Shown: in pieces, positions 24,128 through 39,220 of the stretch
Layout: every line of letters begins with the position of its first letter
How positions within the stretch are numbered: the stretch's first letter is position 1
Origin: Octopus vulgaris
Taxonomy: Eukaryota
Assembly: GCA_951406725.2 (NCBI GenBank)
Contig: OX597831.1
Location: 54,312,001-54,376,000, forward strand
Direction: 5' to 3'
DNA: 64,000 nt
Position numbers and translations under genes: made by a program
The notes under the pieces: generated by a model
Databases searched by the model: none
What the model saw: only the letters and a program-made list of their open reading frames with translations
What the model was told of the DNA's origin: nothing

Positions 24128-24485
24128 GGGGATTGCAGCAAATGGAGGAAAATGTGTTTTCTAAAGACTAGAGAATTTGAAAGTAACCGTCTTCGTCATA
24201 GGGACGCCCTTCGTGCAAATTTGAAAGCAATACATCATCAGCAAAATCCACCAAACAATGATTGTGTGTGTCACTGTGGGTTTAAAGCACGAAGCAAAGC
24301 TGGGTTAGCTGTCCACTCGAGAAGACATTTTGAACCAACGAATACATGCAGGTGTACCATTTGCGAGAAAGTGTGCAAGATATCTGCTGGATTGAAGGTA
24401 CACATGCGTGTTACAAGGCTTAGGAATTGTTGAAGGTTATTTACTGAACCCTCATTCATCGTCTTCAATGAGAGAATCCACCATG
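24128..24485 (+). mobile_element. 3' end of an RTE-X-like LINE with C-terminal C2H2 zinc fingers
   Basis: DCSKWRK...CHCGFKARSKAGLAVHSRRH...CTICEKVCKISAGLKVHMRV, then a stop and a short 3' UTR. Confidence 0.6.
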
Positions 24486-24486
24486 T

Positions 24487-24892
24487 ACTCTTTTACTTGT
24501 TTCAGTCATTTGACTGCGGCCATGCTGGAGCACTACCTTTAATCGAGCAACTCGACCCCCGGACTTGTTCTTTTGTAAGCCCAGTACTTATTCTATCGGT
24601 CTCTTTTGCCGAACCGCTAAGCGACGGGGACGTAAACACAGCAGCATCGGTTGTCAAGCAATGCTAGGGGGACAAACACAGACACACAAACACACACACA
24701 TACATACACACATATATATATACATATATATGACGGGCTTCTTTCAGTTTCCGTCTACCAAATCCACTCACAAGGCTATGGTCGGCCCGGGGCTATAGCA
24801 GAAGACACTTGCCCAAGATGCCACGCAGTGGGACTGAACCCGGAACCATGTGGTTGGTTAGCAAGCTACTTACCACACAGCCACTCCTACGC
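24487..24892 (-). mobile_element. Full-length SINE family A copy
   Basis: Complete head-to-tail match to the other family A copies, with an internal CA/TA microsatellite. Confidence 0.85.
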
Positions 24893-27800
24893 TATATATA
24901 TATATATATATATATATAAGCATTACATTTGACAGTAATTTCAATGTTAAAGGGTTAAAGAAAAACATATAAGAAAAGATGAAGACATAAAAAAATAGAA
25001 AAAAATAGATTTATAAGCAAATAGTGTGATTTTATTATTATTGCAACCAATGAATATTAATTTTATACATTGTGGGTTATAATAATAGGGTGTTATCACA
25101 TGACACTGGGGCATGATATAAAAACATAATGGTGATACATAAAATAAAGAGAGGGAGTAAAAAAAAAATAAACAAATACACAGAAATATATAAAAGAAAG
25201 AGAGTGACAGAACAGAGAGAAAGCTTGATGTAAAAACAGACAAACAAAACAATAATACAAAGTAGTATTGAGAAGGAAAAGAGAATGAGACAGAGAATGT
25301 GCAAGTAAGAAAGGAGAGAAGAATAGCAAATTACTCAGGAGGAAACAATAAGGAAACAAATTCTTCACATTCATATCCATACATACAGAGAGGTGGAGGA
25401 GGAGAGAGAGAGAGAGGAAGAGAGAGAGAGGAAGGGAGAGTGAGAGAGGGAGAGAACCATCCAGTGACATTCTTAACTGTTGGTGATTAAAAAAAAGGGA
25501 AAAGAGACAAGGATAGGTCGGTAAACAATTGGAACTTTGGCTTCAGGGAGATAACATTATTTGGAAAACATAGTAAAAAGACTATGTGGTGGTGGTGGTG
25601 GTGGTGGTAGTGGTGGTGATGGTAGTGGACGGAGGTTTTCCCTGATTAAACAAGATATGTCTAACATCTTATTATTGTGTGGAAGTTAGAGAATATATAG
25701 AATATGTACATATTAAATAACAGTCTCTCTCTCTCTCTCTCTCTCTATCCCATCCCATGTTTTTAGTACGTCAACTGCCAAGGGTCATTCTGAAAAACTG
25801 ATGTTTTACACTTGAGCAGATAGGCTAGATGCACAACTCATCTCTCAGAGAAATGGGGTGTCAGCCTCCTCATTTGTGTCATTATCAGCAATATTCATGC
25901 AGGAAAGGGTCAAATTATTATAAAGCAAAACAAGGACAATATCTTTGAACAGGGCACACACTAAAACTGAAAGGAAAGGGTATGGATGTAACTGAATATT
26001 CATTAATATATCATTAGCATTTAGATTTTTTTCTAAACCCACCAAATATTAATTTCAAACTTTGGCACAAGGCCAGTAATTTTGGGAAAGGGGAGAAGTC
26101 AGATACATTGACCCCACTGCTCAATTGCTATTTAATTTATCGACCCTGAAAGGATGAAAAGCAAAGTCAACCTTGGTGGAATCTGAACTCGGGACGTAAG
26201 GACGGATGAAATACCACCAAGCATTTCGCCCGACATGTTAACGATTCTGGCAGATCACTGCCTTAGTCCCACCAAATATTATGTAGAAATAATTATCTTC
26301 CTTGTAATAACTATAACCAGTAAGACATGGATTTAATTTTATCAAACTTGGAAAAAGACTGGAACTGACAAAGAACTCAGAACATAAAGAGTTGCAACTA
26401 AATGGTCGAAAAACTGTTCAATTCTTTTAATATTTCTACTACGCTATTCTTGGTGCTTTCTGACATAGGTACAAGGCTTGAAATTTGAGGGAATAGAATT
26501 AGTTGATTTTATTAGTCCCGGCATTTGACTGGTACTTTTATTTTTATCAACTTTCTAAAAGGATAAATAAAAAACAGACAAGTGAAACAAAATACAAAGT
26601 AACATTGAGAAAGAAAAGAGAATGAGTTCAAATAGATAACTTCAGCAGAATTTGAACTCTGAATCTAAAGAACTACAACTAAATACTGCAAGAATCTACA
26701 GAACCTTTAACTAAATACAGCAATCCATTGCTCTACCATTTGTCAAATAACGTTTTTAATATAACATTAACAAAATTATTTATTTATTTTTGTGTCTTTG
26801 GTCAATTAGTGTTATTTCCTATTTGCTTCTACTTAGAAATCAAAGGAAATTACAATTCCCTTCAAACTTTGCTTTTGTAATCTGAACATCTGTCTTGAAA
26901 CTGACTTATTTTCCATTACATTTCAGATATATACAACGCTGAGTTACTGAAGCAGAAATATCGTTATAGCAAATATTCTGCTCAATACCACAGATTTGCT
27001 TGTCAGTTGCTTGACCATAAACACTGGAACATGTCCCTTAGTGATTGACAATATGTGCATCTCTGATCATGAGCAAGAGTAGTGGGGGAGCATCATAGCC
27101 ATGTGTTGAAAGGGTTCTTTAGGGCTTGAATAAATGTAACAAATGCAAAGTTTGAAGAAAATATTAGCTATTTTTCATACTTTCTAGGGGTAAGCAAATA
27201 AGAAATAACAGATGCTACCCAAGGAAAAAACTTGTGCTACACAGTGTCGTAATTGTTTCAAATTTTGGTACAAGGCTATCAGTTTTAGAGGGAAGAGGTC
27301 AATCAATTACAGAGTCTCCAGCACTTGGCTGGTACCTTATTCTATTAACCCCAAAAGGAGGAAAGGTAAAGATGATCTCAGCAGAATTTGAACCCAAGCC
27401 AGAAGAAATACCACAAAGCATTTTTCCCAACACTAACAATTCCTCCAGCTAGCCACTCTCAACAATAACAATTACTTCTAGTACAAGCACAAGGACTAAA
27501 ATTTGGTGGGAGAGGATAGTTGACTTCATCGACCCCAGTGCTCAACCGATACTTATTCTATCAACTCTGAAAGGATGAAAAGCAAAGTCAACCTCAGCAG
27601 AATTTGAACTCAGAATGTAAAGTCAGAAAAAATAGTCCTAAGCATTTTATCCAGTGTACTAGCAATTCTGCTAGCTACCCACCTTAACAATAATAATATT
27701 CCTTTCTGCTAAAGGAACAAGGCCTGAAATTCACAGGGAGGGGAGTAGTCAATTACATCGACCCCAGTGTTCTACTGGTACTTAATTTATCAACCCCAAA

Positions 27801-30047
27801 AGGATGAAAGACAGAGATGACCTTGGCAGAATTAAAACTCGGAACATAACAACAGGCAAAATACCACTAAGTATTTCACCTGGCATGCTAAAATGATGAT
27901 GATGATGATGATTACAATATCAAGAATTCACTGTCTCGAAACTCAAGAAGAGAAATAATTGGTTTTGATATGGTCTGTTACAAAATAGAGCAGTAAAAGG
28001 TTAAATATTCCTGAGCAACATGAAAATGTGCCAGTACACACACACAAACATATACATACAAACACACACAAATGTAAGAGTGTACATGCACAGGTGCATG
28101 AAGATTAAAAAGTTGTGTATTAATTATATCACTGTATCAGAGAATAGGTAAAAATATATCAGACAATAAGCTAAACTGACAAACAACTTTCTTCCATTAA
28201 AAATCCAAGAAACATGGCTCGCTTCTAATACATATATACGTATTCCCTCTCAATAAGTTTCAAATTTTGGTACAAGGCCAGCACTTTTGAGAAAGGGGTA
28301 AGCTGATTAAATCAACCACAGTGCTCAGCTGGTGCTTATTTTATTGACCCCAAAAGGATGAAAGTCAAAGTCGACCTTGACAGAATTTGAACTCAGAATG
28401 TAAAGACGGATGAAATGCCACTAAGAATCTCACCTAGCATGCTAATGATTCTGCCAGCTCGCTGCCTTATAATTCACTGAACATTATATATAGATTTTCC
28501 AATGACACCAACACAATACCAAAATGAAATTTCAACAAAAGTATAAAAGCAATTTATTCCTATACGCATGCATATAAAATGTGCTAGGGGTCTTTCAGTT
28601 TTGAATTTTCCCTGCTTTTAATAAATTGACAAAGAAAGATGAAATTAGCTACTATAGACTGCATCCAACAGTGGGAGCCTGGTTTAAAAGTTCCTGGGTT
28701 TTGAGGGGTGTGGAACCACCTTTTAGCCCCTATTCTTCCCAGGTCTACTCTGACCCAAAGTAGTAGCACCTGTCAAGATCCCAGCTATGAGTTAAATAGC
28801 ATGTAACCACCTGGTCCAGAGTGCGTTGAAATCATGGGATGCAGCTCGATGAATGTGAGTTATTTCAACAGATGAACTTATGGAGTCAATGGTAAATATC
28901 ACTAGATGCTAAGCAGATTAACAGACAACAAACTGTCAAGATCAAACCATTTCAGGAAGTGAAATACTGCTACCATCTGTACTCGTGGCATGCACAGATG
29001 AGGCATTTCAGCTAACAATGAACCACTGTGACTAAAACCCAGGCACAGACATTCATGCTTCATCACTCAAATGGGATGTTTGGCATGGAAGAGTTACAGT
29101 GATCTGGGTAACTTAATAAAGATGATGATGTTCAAAATATTTAATTCACATTTATATGTATATCTTAATATTTAACATAAGTTTAATTATGCAAGCTAGA
29201 TAATAAAAAACCTTATGTGTATATCTTATTAATATTTAATATAAGTTTAATTTATGCAAGTTGGATAATAAAAAGCCTTTTTTTTATATAATCGATTTAA
29301 AGATACAGCATACTGATTCCATTTCTTTAAACAAGTGATAAATTTTGCTTGTTATAGAAATGTGTAGTGATGTAAATCAACACCAGAATATTACAGGTTC
29401 ATTAAACATAGAAGGAAGAATAATGCAACAATAACTAAAAACCTACCAAATTAAAGCAAAAAAGGAAAAATTTAATCTGGTGTTCTACTGTACATCTTTC
29501 CACATTTCTGAATAATATAAAACTATTAACTGGCATTAAAAACTTTCATTACAGGCCAAACATGACATTGACTAAAGACTAAATGTCTACATTTAGTTAA
29601 TATAAACTTTAATACATACACAATTGGTTTCTTATATATTTCTCTGATTTCTACAGACAGCTAGTGAAGCACATAGCATAATGTGACTGGTCATAAAAAA
29701 AAATACAGTATGCTATATATATAATATATATATATATGCTATATACAGTGTGTTATATATATATTTACTTGTAGAATTTATCTTCAACAGACATAATATT
29801 TACACCAATTTTTTAAGATAATTCAGAAGCATTAATTTAATTTGATTTATATATTTTCTATCAATTTTGTAGTACGTTTTTTTTAAGCTGTTATATTACG
29901 ATACACACACAATCAAGTACACACACACACACACAATCGGTTGCACTCATAACTATTAGCAGCTTGGCTACCATCACTAATTTCAGTTCTTTAATTCTCC
30001 AATGTATATACACAGCACCAGACTCCAAATTCCACGGGGTCGATATT

Positions 30048-30072
30048 CTATATTTGTGATGGTTTAGGTCTC
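30048..30072 (-). CDS. KIF23: KIF23 terminal coding exon ((K)RPKPSQI*)
   Basis: Polypyrimidine tract plus TTTGTAG acceptor. The phase-2 join gives KRPKPSQI-stop, an NLS-like basic end. Confidence 0.65.
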
Positions 30073-33000
30073 CTACAAAGACAAATAGAAAAATAAAGGT
30101 GACTATTTTTTTTTTCTTTTTTACATATTTCTTTACACAAATAACAAAGCCACATTATATATTTTTTATTATTAAGTTGTTCAGAAGCAAGAGGCGAATG
30201 TAAATATCAGACATTACATGGCATTTCTTACTTACATAATTCCTTTAGATTTTAAAAAAATTATCAGCTAGCAGGAAAAACCCTATCCACCTGAATCAGT
30301 TTCATATACTGATTGTCATCACTTCAACACTTCCCTGTTCAATGAGTCAGACAGAATTTGTTGAAGTAGACATTCTACGGTTGGATGCCTTTCCTGTTGC
30401 CAACTCTCACCTGTTTCAAAGCTAGGTAATATTTCCCCAAGGCCATATGTGTTTTTCATTAACATTGCATGTCAAGACAAGGGTACACTTAGACACATAA
30501 ACACAATATATATACATAGAGATATATACAGACGTATATACACACGCACGTGTACACACACACATATACACATATACAGACATACATGCACACACATATA
30601 TACACACACATACGCATACATATACACATACACATATATACACAAATATATACACACATATATACATTATATACACACACACACACAGACCTATATATAC
30701 ACACAATACAAATAATATGACCGTTTAACCTTGTGTAACAGTAATAGTATTACGTCATGTGAATACTTACATTAAATTCTACATCAAACACCAGGATATA
30801 AAAATCACAAAAGAAGAAGACACAGAAAAAGGGGGCCACTAGACTGCAAGGGCACAGAGAGAGAGGGAGGAAGAGAGAGAGATATCTTTTATGTTTTCAA
30901 TATTATTGTTAATATTGTTATGCAATCTTGTTCATTGTTTGCTGTACTTTTAATTGTTTTTGTAACTTTTCTTTTTTGTTTCTTTTGTGGGGTTGGGGTA
31001 GATGAAGCTCAACTTGAGTACTTGCACCGCTTAGTCTATTTACTAAATCCTGTTGCATTCTGCCAGCTATGAGGACTACATTGTCTGCATACCTCACATT
31101 TTTTATGACCTTACCATTAATTTTGATTTGATGCTTTCAATGAAATCATACACTGTGTCTCTTTATTGTCTTGGAATAAACATTAAAGGGGTACAGAGAA
31201 AGGATACAGTCCTAATGGACACATTGTTCAATGTCAAACCAGACTGATAGTCCACAGATGGTTCGAACTACTGGTATAATCAAAACCCAGATACAAAATT
31301 GTGAAGCAAATTAGTTAACCACCCAGCTCTATCTGTACCTACAATGTCTTAGTTTCTTATTTATGATAACTGGACACTTTGTGATGATTTTAATTTTAGA
31401 TTCCAATGCGTTTACTAGTAATTAGAGTAAGGCTTTTGAGCGAGTAGAGGAAAAAACAATTACTATAAATTTGTTACAATCTTTTATGAGTTCTAAACAT
31501 CCTAATATACAGATTAACAGAGAATTTTCTATGTGGGCTATTGACCTGTTAGAAATAGCAACCAAATTTTCCTCATATCATATATCCTACCTTCTTTAAA
31601 AAAAGGCAAAAAGAAAACCACAAACACACTGGACAATATAATCCTGAATATACATAGACATATTGGCAATGGTTATGTGCAATCAGGACTGACTTGGAGC
31701 TACACAACGGCAAAAATTAACAACAGAGTTATGACTTTTTTAACGAAACCAGTTTAAATTCACTAATTTAGAAATAGAACAGACATAGGCAACATGTTTT
31801 AGTTAAAAAAAAGACCATGTAACCAATGAAGTAAATAAACGCAAAACTTACTTATGTCCATCAATAGCATAGCCACATCGTACGTCAGTATCAGTCCAGT
31901 CACTGCCAGGACGAGTATGTTGGTTAGGCGGACTATGCCTCTTCTTGCCATTGCCAGGATTTCCACGTCTTACCATTTCTACTTCATTAAAAACCATTGT
32001 GCAACCTCCAGTAGCTGTGGGAAGAACATTGCCCTAAAGTGAAAAAAAAAAAAAAAAAAAAAAAAAGAGAGTGTGATTGCATTGAAGGAAACCATTGAAT
32101 TATTTGTAAAAATGAAAGATGAATTCCCAAAGATCTCCCTTCCCAACTTTGTTTCAGTAAAAGTTTCATTAGTCAATTTTCACACACAGATTTAGTAAAA
32201 TTTCATTTAGGAAATTTTAACAAATAAATTTAGTATGAACAAATCTCTGAATTTAGAAAAATTATATTTTTTATGGGTGAGTTATCCAGATCCTGTGGAA
32301 GTGGCTGGCTTAATGGTTAGGTTGTTGCACTCATAATCATACGGTTGTGGTTTCGATTCCTGGACCAGGCAATGCATTGTGTTCTGTTCTTGGCATAAAT
32401 GAGTAATCCTGCACTGGTGTCCAATCCAAGGGCAGAATGTATATATACCTCAGAAACTAGCCTTATGAGTCAATGGCTCAGAACAGATCTTTGCTCCCCA
32501 CCCCTTTCTTTAAATTCAGATCCTATCAACAAACTGTTCATCTCAAGTTAAACTGTATTAAATAACTAACAGTATCGCCCGGCGTTGCTCAGGTTTGTAA
32601 GGGAAATAACTATATAAGCATTTTTAGAGAGTTACTTCCCTTATATAACCTGAGCCAAAATCATTAAAAAAATTATGGTAAATTTTTTTTTAAATCGTAG
32701 ATTCATCGTAGCCATGCGCTAATACCCAGCAGGGCTCGATATGAATGACGACTATAAGATACCCACTTTTGGTTAAACTGCACCGCAAAATGTGGGAGTA
32801 GTTAGGAATCTAAATCGGAGGAGACAGAGTCTGACACACACAACTTCAATTTTATATATAAAGATATACAATTAAAAATTCTATAGATAAAAACGTTTGG
32901 TGGCATTTCTTCCAGCTCTATGTTCTGTGTTCAAATCCTACTGGAACCAACTTTGCCCTTCATCCTTTTGGGGTCAATGCCATTGATTTATTTTCACAAC

Positions 33001-34186
33001 TAAAACTGCTGGCCTCATGCCAAAATTGGGAAGAATTATTACATGGTAACACTGTCCACTGTAGCAGCAACAAGCAAAACACAAAACAGAGTTAGCACTT
33101 GCAGTATATGGAGTAGGGGCAAGAAGAGTAAAATGTATCTTGATCAAAATCAAATAAATATGAAATTTTACCAATTCTTTAATAAAATGCACCCCAAGTA
33201 CACACTATAAAGTGGAAAGTGTATGAGTGAAAACAACATAGGGTTGAAAGGAGAGAGGACTCTTATGACAAGGAAATGACAACCTGGTGCTATACTAGAA
33301 CACACCCAGTTACACACTGTGAAGTGGTTGACAACCAACCAAAACATAAAATGCATAAGCAAAAAAGTGGTCCTCTAACACGTCTTAAGGGTAATAACTC
33401 CAAATGAGAACTGACAACCTAACCAACCCCATACCAGTGGAAAAAGCAAATGTAAGATGATGATAATGAGGATGAAGAGAACAAAATATATGCATGCACA
33501 CATGCACACACGCATGCACAAAGTTCTTTCAACAAATAACCCAAGCCGTAAAGTATTTTACCTATGCCATCACTAAAAGTCAGGTTCAATCAGAGAGAAA
33601 TACCAAGTGTAAAGAATTATCGTTTTGAGGTGCAAAAAGAATGAGGCAAAGAAATGTCACCTTATATAATTTAGTACGCATTTCTCCATCTGATCCCAAC
33701 TCTTGATGGTTAAGGCAATACTTGGATACCTCTTTAGTGTCCTTCTCAGTCAGTTTAGTCACCGATCGTTTTTTCTTCAGCTTTGGTTGAAAGAGGGTAC
33801 CTACAATGAGTACAACAAAGAACAATTATTTTGACTTTTTTTTTTCACCTAAGGACTTCATTATGTCAACAAAAGACATACTACAACAGTTTGTCCAAAA
33901 TAGTAATACTCCCCACTTTAAAAACACTTGTCTTCATTCAACAAACTAACAACAGGGATAAACTTATTCTTTTACTTGTCGCAGTCATATGACTGCGACC
34001 ATACTGGAGCACCACCTTTCGTCAAAGAAATCGACCCCAGGACATATTATTTGTAAGCGTAGTACTTATTCGATAGGTCTCTTTTGCTGAACTGATAAGT
34101 TACAGGGACATAAACACACCAACATCAGTTGTCAAACGATGGGGGTTAGGACAGAGACACAAACACAAATGTGTGTGTATGTATGT

Positions 34187-34222
<36 letters not shown>

Positions 34223-34915
34223 ACGACTGGTTTCTTTCAGTTTCTGTCTACCAAGGATATAGTAGAACACACTTGCACAAAGTGCCATGCAGTGGGACTG
34301 AACCTGGAATCATGTGGTCAGGAAGCAAGTTTCATACCACACAGCTGTGCCTGTGCCTGTAAAGACAACTAATGTGGAAGTTCATACTCCTCAGGGGAAA
34401 AAAATGGAATTAAGAGGAAGCAAATGAGACTTAATCCCTTGGCATTCAGATTACTGTCAAATGCTTATTTATTCACATTGTTTTGAATTAATTATGCATT
34501 ATTTCACAGCTTCAAAATTCCAGAGAAGTGATTGCTTATTTTTAGACTAACATTGTAGGGTTGGTCTAAGAGGCTGGATCTGGCCTGTTTTTACATAAAA
34601 CAAGTAGTATATTTTGGCCAGATATGGTCGGTTTAAATGTTTAAGAGCTAAAAGAGTGTGGAGAGAAAATTGTGAAACAATTTCTTTTATTGTTTATTTG
34701 TTTAAAAGTCCTTGGACTGCAGCCATCCTGCAACACCAACTTGAAGGATTCAGTTAAACAAATCAACCGCAGTAGTTTTTTTTTTTTTGTTTTTGTTTTT
34801 TTGAGTCTGGTATTCTTTCGATGCCTTTTGCTGAACTTACTAAGTTACAGGGATATAAACTAACATAGGTCATAAAGCAGTGGAGGAGAACAAACACAAA
34901 GATACAGATATATAC

Positions 34916-34958
<43 letters not shown>

Positions 34959-37445
34959 ACAGGCTTCTTCCAGTTTCCATCTACCAAATCCACTCACTAA
35001 GTTTTGTTTGGCTATAATGGAAGACACTTGTCCAAGGTGGCATGATCCCAAGATCACATAGCTGGGAAGCAAGCTTCTTAACCATACAGCCATGCTACTA
35101 ACTCTAAAAACCGATTCAAAATTTTAATCTATTTTTGACAGAGGAATCTTTATTAATTGAATATCCAAAGTTACAGAATGTATCTTACATTTAATCTCTT
35201 ATTCTTTAAAGAAGAACTTGAAAACACAGAGACAACCTGAAAAATTCTACACAATTATAGGTGCAGGAGTAGCTGTATGGTAAGTAGCTTGCTTACCAAC
35301 CACATGGTTCCGGGTTCAGTCCCACTGTGTGGAACCTTGGGCAAGTGTCTTCTACTATAGCCTTGGGCTGACCAAAGCCTTGTGAGTGGATTTGGTAGAC
35401 AGAAACTGAAAGAAGCCCATCATGTATATGTATATATACATATGTGTGTGTATTTGTGTGTCTGTGTTTGTCCCCCTAACATCGCTTGACAACCAATGCT
35501 GATGTGTTCACATCCCCGTAACTTAGCGGTTTGGCAAATGAGACTGATAGAACAAGTACTAAGCTTACAAAGAATAAGTCCTGGGGTTGCAGTTTCAAAG
35601 CAAAGAAAATATTTTGACACAAATGGAATTTAAATGTTGAAGTGAAACTAATAATTTTTGTGTGTTCTTGAATGGCTTACAAACATCTTCCACACTGCAA
35701 TCTTTCTATTGTCAACAGGACATTTTTTATACTATGATGACATCACATTTTGTGTATGACTGTATCTATCTGTGAGTGTATGTGTGCAAGTGTATGAGTG
35801 TGTATATGTCTCAGTGTGTGTCTTTCCCTGTTAGGTATGTTATTAAACACACTATATGTATGTGAGGGCTGGTCAGTGTCAATACAAAATTTTATTTTCA
35901 TTTCCATTTAAACAATATAACATTTCATAGAGATAATCTTTCTATTGTCAACAGGACATTTTATATCTCAACAACAACGGCATCACATTTTGTATATGAC
36001 TGTATCTGTCTGTGAGAGCATTTGTGTAAGTGTATTAAGTGTATGAGTGTGTGTGTCTTTCCGCGTTAGGTACTTTATTAAACACACACACATCTGCACA
36101 TACACATACAAATGTGAAGACTGACATATATGAATGTATGTTTGTGCATCTATCTTACTATATGTATGTGAGGGCTGGCCTATCATCATCATCATCATCG
36201 TTTAACGTCTGTTCTCCATGCTAGCATGGGTTGGACGGTCAAACTTTCATTTCAATTAAAACAATATAACGTTTCATAGAGATAATCTTTCTATTCTCAA
36301 CAGGACATTTTATAACACAACAACGTCACATTTTGTATATGGCTGTATCTGTCTGTGAGTGTATGTGTGTGTGTGTCTCAGCTCGTGTCTTTCCGTGTTA
36401 GGTACGTTATTAAACACACACACACACCCCCATAAACATATGTAACGACTGACATACGTAAATGTATGTCTCTGTGTTGCTATCTTAGTACATGCACGTA
36501 TATCAGTCACATTCTATACCACAACTAAGACGACGTCACATTTCGTATATGAGTGTATATCTGTCTGTGAGTGTATGAGTCTGTGAGTGTGTGTGTTTCT
36601 GTGTTACGTACATTATTAAACACACACATAAATATACATGTGTCAACTGACATGCCTGAATGTATGAGTTCTAGACGTGACACTTGAAAAAAAAAAACGA
36701 GGTGGCAAGGTCCAAGGTATTTATAATACATATTTACTGTTCCATTACCAGTTAATAATTATCACAGCAGTTGCAAGGTATTTACAATTACATATTTACC
36801 CTATATATAATTCTTATATAATTATATATCCTATATATAATTCTTGATCTCTGTATTATTGAGGCATTTACCATTAAATTAGCAGTTCCATACATGTGCT
36901 TCTAATTCGTTCATTTGCTTATATTTTATTAATTTACACTGCATACAAAAATACAGACATACTAAATACATACCATGCGGTATTTCTTCAAGTATTTCAT
37001 TACTACATATTCTCATGTGATGGTATAGCCTCACTCTATGTTTCTTATTCTACAGCCACACCAGCAATCCAATGTCAACCCTTCACCTTTTGCAACATTT
37101 CAACAGTTCTCTTCCCCATTGCCGTCCCCCATTGCAGCCCATTTCCAGAATATATCCATTTACGTACAATATCTCCATTACACCTCCATTCATTTGACTG
37201 TCAACCATGCAATGGGTCATATTAGACACCACACTGACCGCCTCAAAGGCAAGTATATCCACATGACAGCTTTTCAGTGGGTTCAAAAATTACATACTCC
37301 TCCACTCCCAATTTTCCATGATAGGTTAGGGCATGGAATCCTCCAAACGGACGCATTAGATACTGTTTAGTCGAATTAGACCATCATTTACTCCACAAAT
37401 GTTTTGTCAATGCTGCACTTTCCCATATCACCTGTTTCAACTGTA

Positions 37446-37488
<43 letters not shown>

Positions 37489-37790
37489 CACCACCATCCG
37501 TTCGTGGCCGTTGCCAGCGCCGCCCTGACTGGCCGTGTGCCGGTAGCAGGTAAAAAGCACCATCCGTCCGTGGCCGTTTGCCAGCTCCGTCTGGCACCTG
37601 TGCGGGTGGCACATAAAAAGCACCCACTACACTCACGGAGTGGTTGGCATTACGAAGGGCATCCAGCCGTAGAAACACTGCCAGATCAGACTGGGCCTGA
37701 TGCAGCCTTCTGGCTTCACAGACCCCAGATGAACCGTCCAACCCATGCTAGCATGGAAAGCGGACGCTAAATGATGATGATGATGATGAT

Positions 37791-37865
<75 letters not shown>

Positions 37866-39179
37866 TTGCGTCAGAAATTAATTAGCACTTCTCAAATTTC
37901 TACATTAAATAGGTTAAATCAATTAACCTATGAGCTGTTCAAAACGTCTTACGCGATGAGAAAACTTAGTATGGTGTGATTTCGGTCCTTGCGAGGCGCT
38001 ACCTATATCTATTAAACAAAGGAAGATTTGTCTGCATCCGCACTCCAAGTTGTTGTTGCACTGCTATGTCAACATCATAAGGCTGTAGACTCTCAAACTG
38101 CTCTGCAAACAAAGTTACGTCATCGTTCTGCGCAACAGTATAGTTCGAGATATGGCCACTAGGTGACAGCACATACCTTGAGTGAAGAGCAAATCAAGGG
38201 TGCTAATTAATTTCTGACGGTAGTGTATATAGTTAATCCAAACAAGAAAACACAAAAAAAACAAAAAAACACAACGCGAGGACGTGGAACAAATAAAGTA
38301 TTATTGGACGCTCAGGAAAGAAGGGAAGAAGGAGGGTTTAACGTTTCGAGCGGAGCTCTTCGTCGGAAACATAGGAGAAGGAAAGATCCCGAGAAGGGAG
38401 GACAGAGGAAAAAAAAAAAAAAAAAAAAATCGCCAATGGTACTCACGAGGTCACATACTGAAAGACCGGAAGTAGAAAGGTGGAAGAATAATGTTTTTTA
38501 AAGACAGGAGAGTTTTCAAAGACAGTATGGCAAAGACAAGGAAAGTGAGAGGGGGAATGTTTGTGGATGTGTGCGTGCACGGAGGTCTGTGTGTCCGCGT
38601 GTGTGTGTATGTGTGCAATGATGACACATGTGTGTGTGTGTGTGTGCGTGCGTGTGTGTCTATGGCGAACAACTGGCTAGTAGCTGGCCAGTATGTGAGA
38701 ATAAGGAGTGGTGTTTTTTGTCACAGGTCAAAAACAAAGAGGTATGTGTGTGTGCGTGTATGTATATGTATCGTGTGTGTTTTCTTTGTAGTGTGTATGT
38801 GTGTGTCCGTGTGTGTATGCGTAGAGTTTGGGTGTGTGGCGAGTAACTGTGCTTAACTAAGTGTATGTGTGCGTGTGTGCGTATGTGTATCTGTGCTTAT
38901 GTGTGTACGTATGTGTATGTGTGCGTAGGTATATATTGTGTGTATGTGAATTTGTGTGTGTGCGTGCGAATGAATGTATGTATATATGTGCGTGTGTGTA
39001 CAAATGTAGAGGTTTATATGTGTGTTTATATGTTTATATGTGTGTGTATATATGTATGCAAGCACACACTTTATAATTGAAAGATTGATGGAAAAAAATT
39101 GGTGTGGGTGTATGTGAATTCACAGGCACACACATACACACACTGACGCATGCCTGCAATACAGCCAACCCCGTATGCA

Positions 39180-39220
<41 letters not shown>

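Noticed and set aside
24152-24433. Host C2H2 zinc-finger gene
   Set aside because: It is preceded by a DxxxWR motif and followed by a short LINE-like 3' end, so it is better explained as an RTE-X ORF2 C-terminus.
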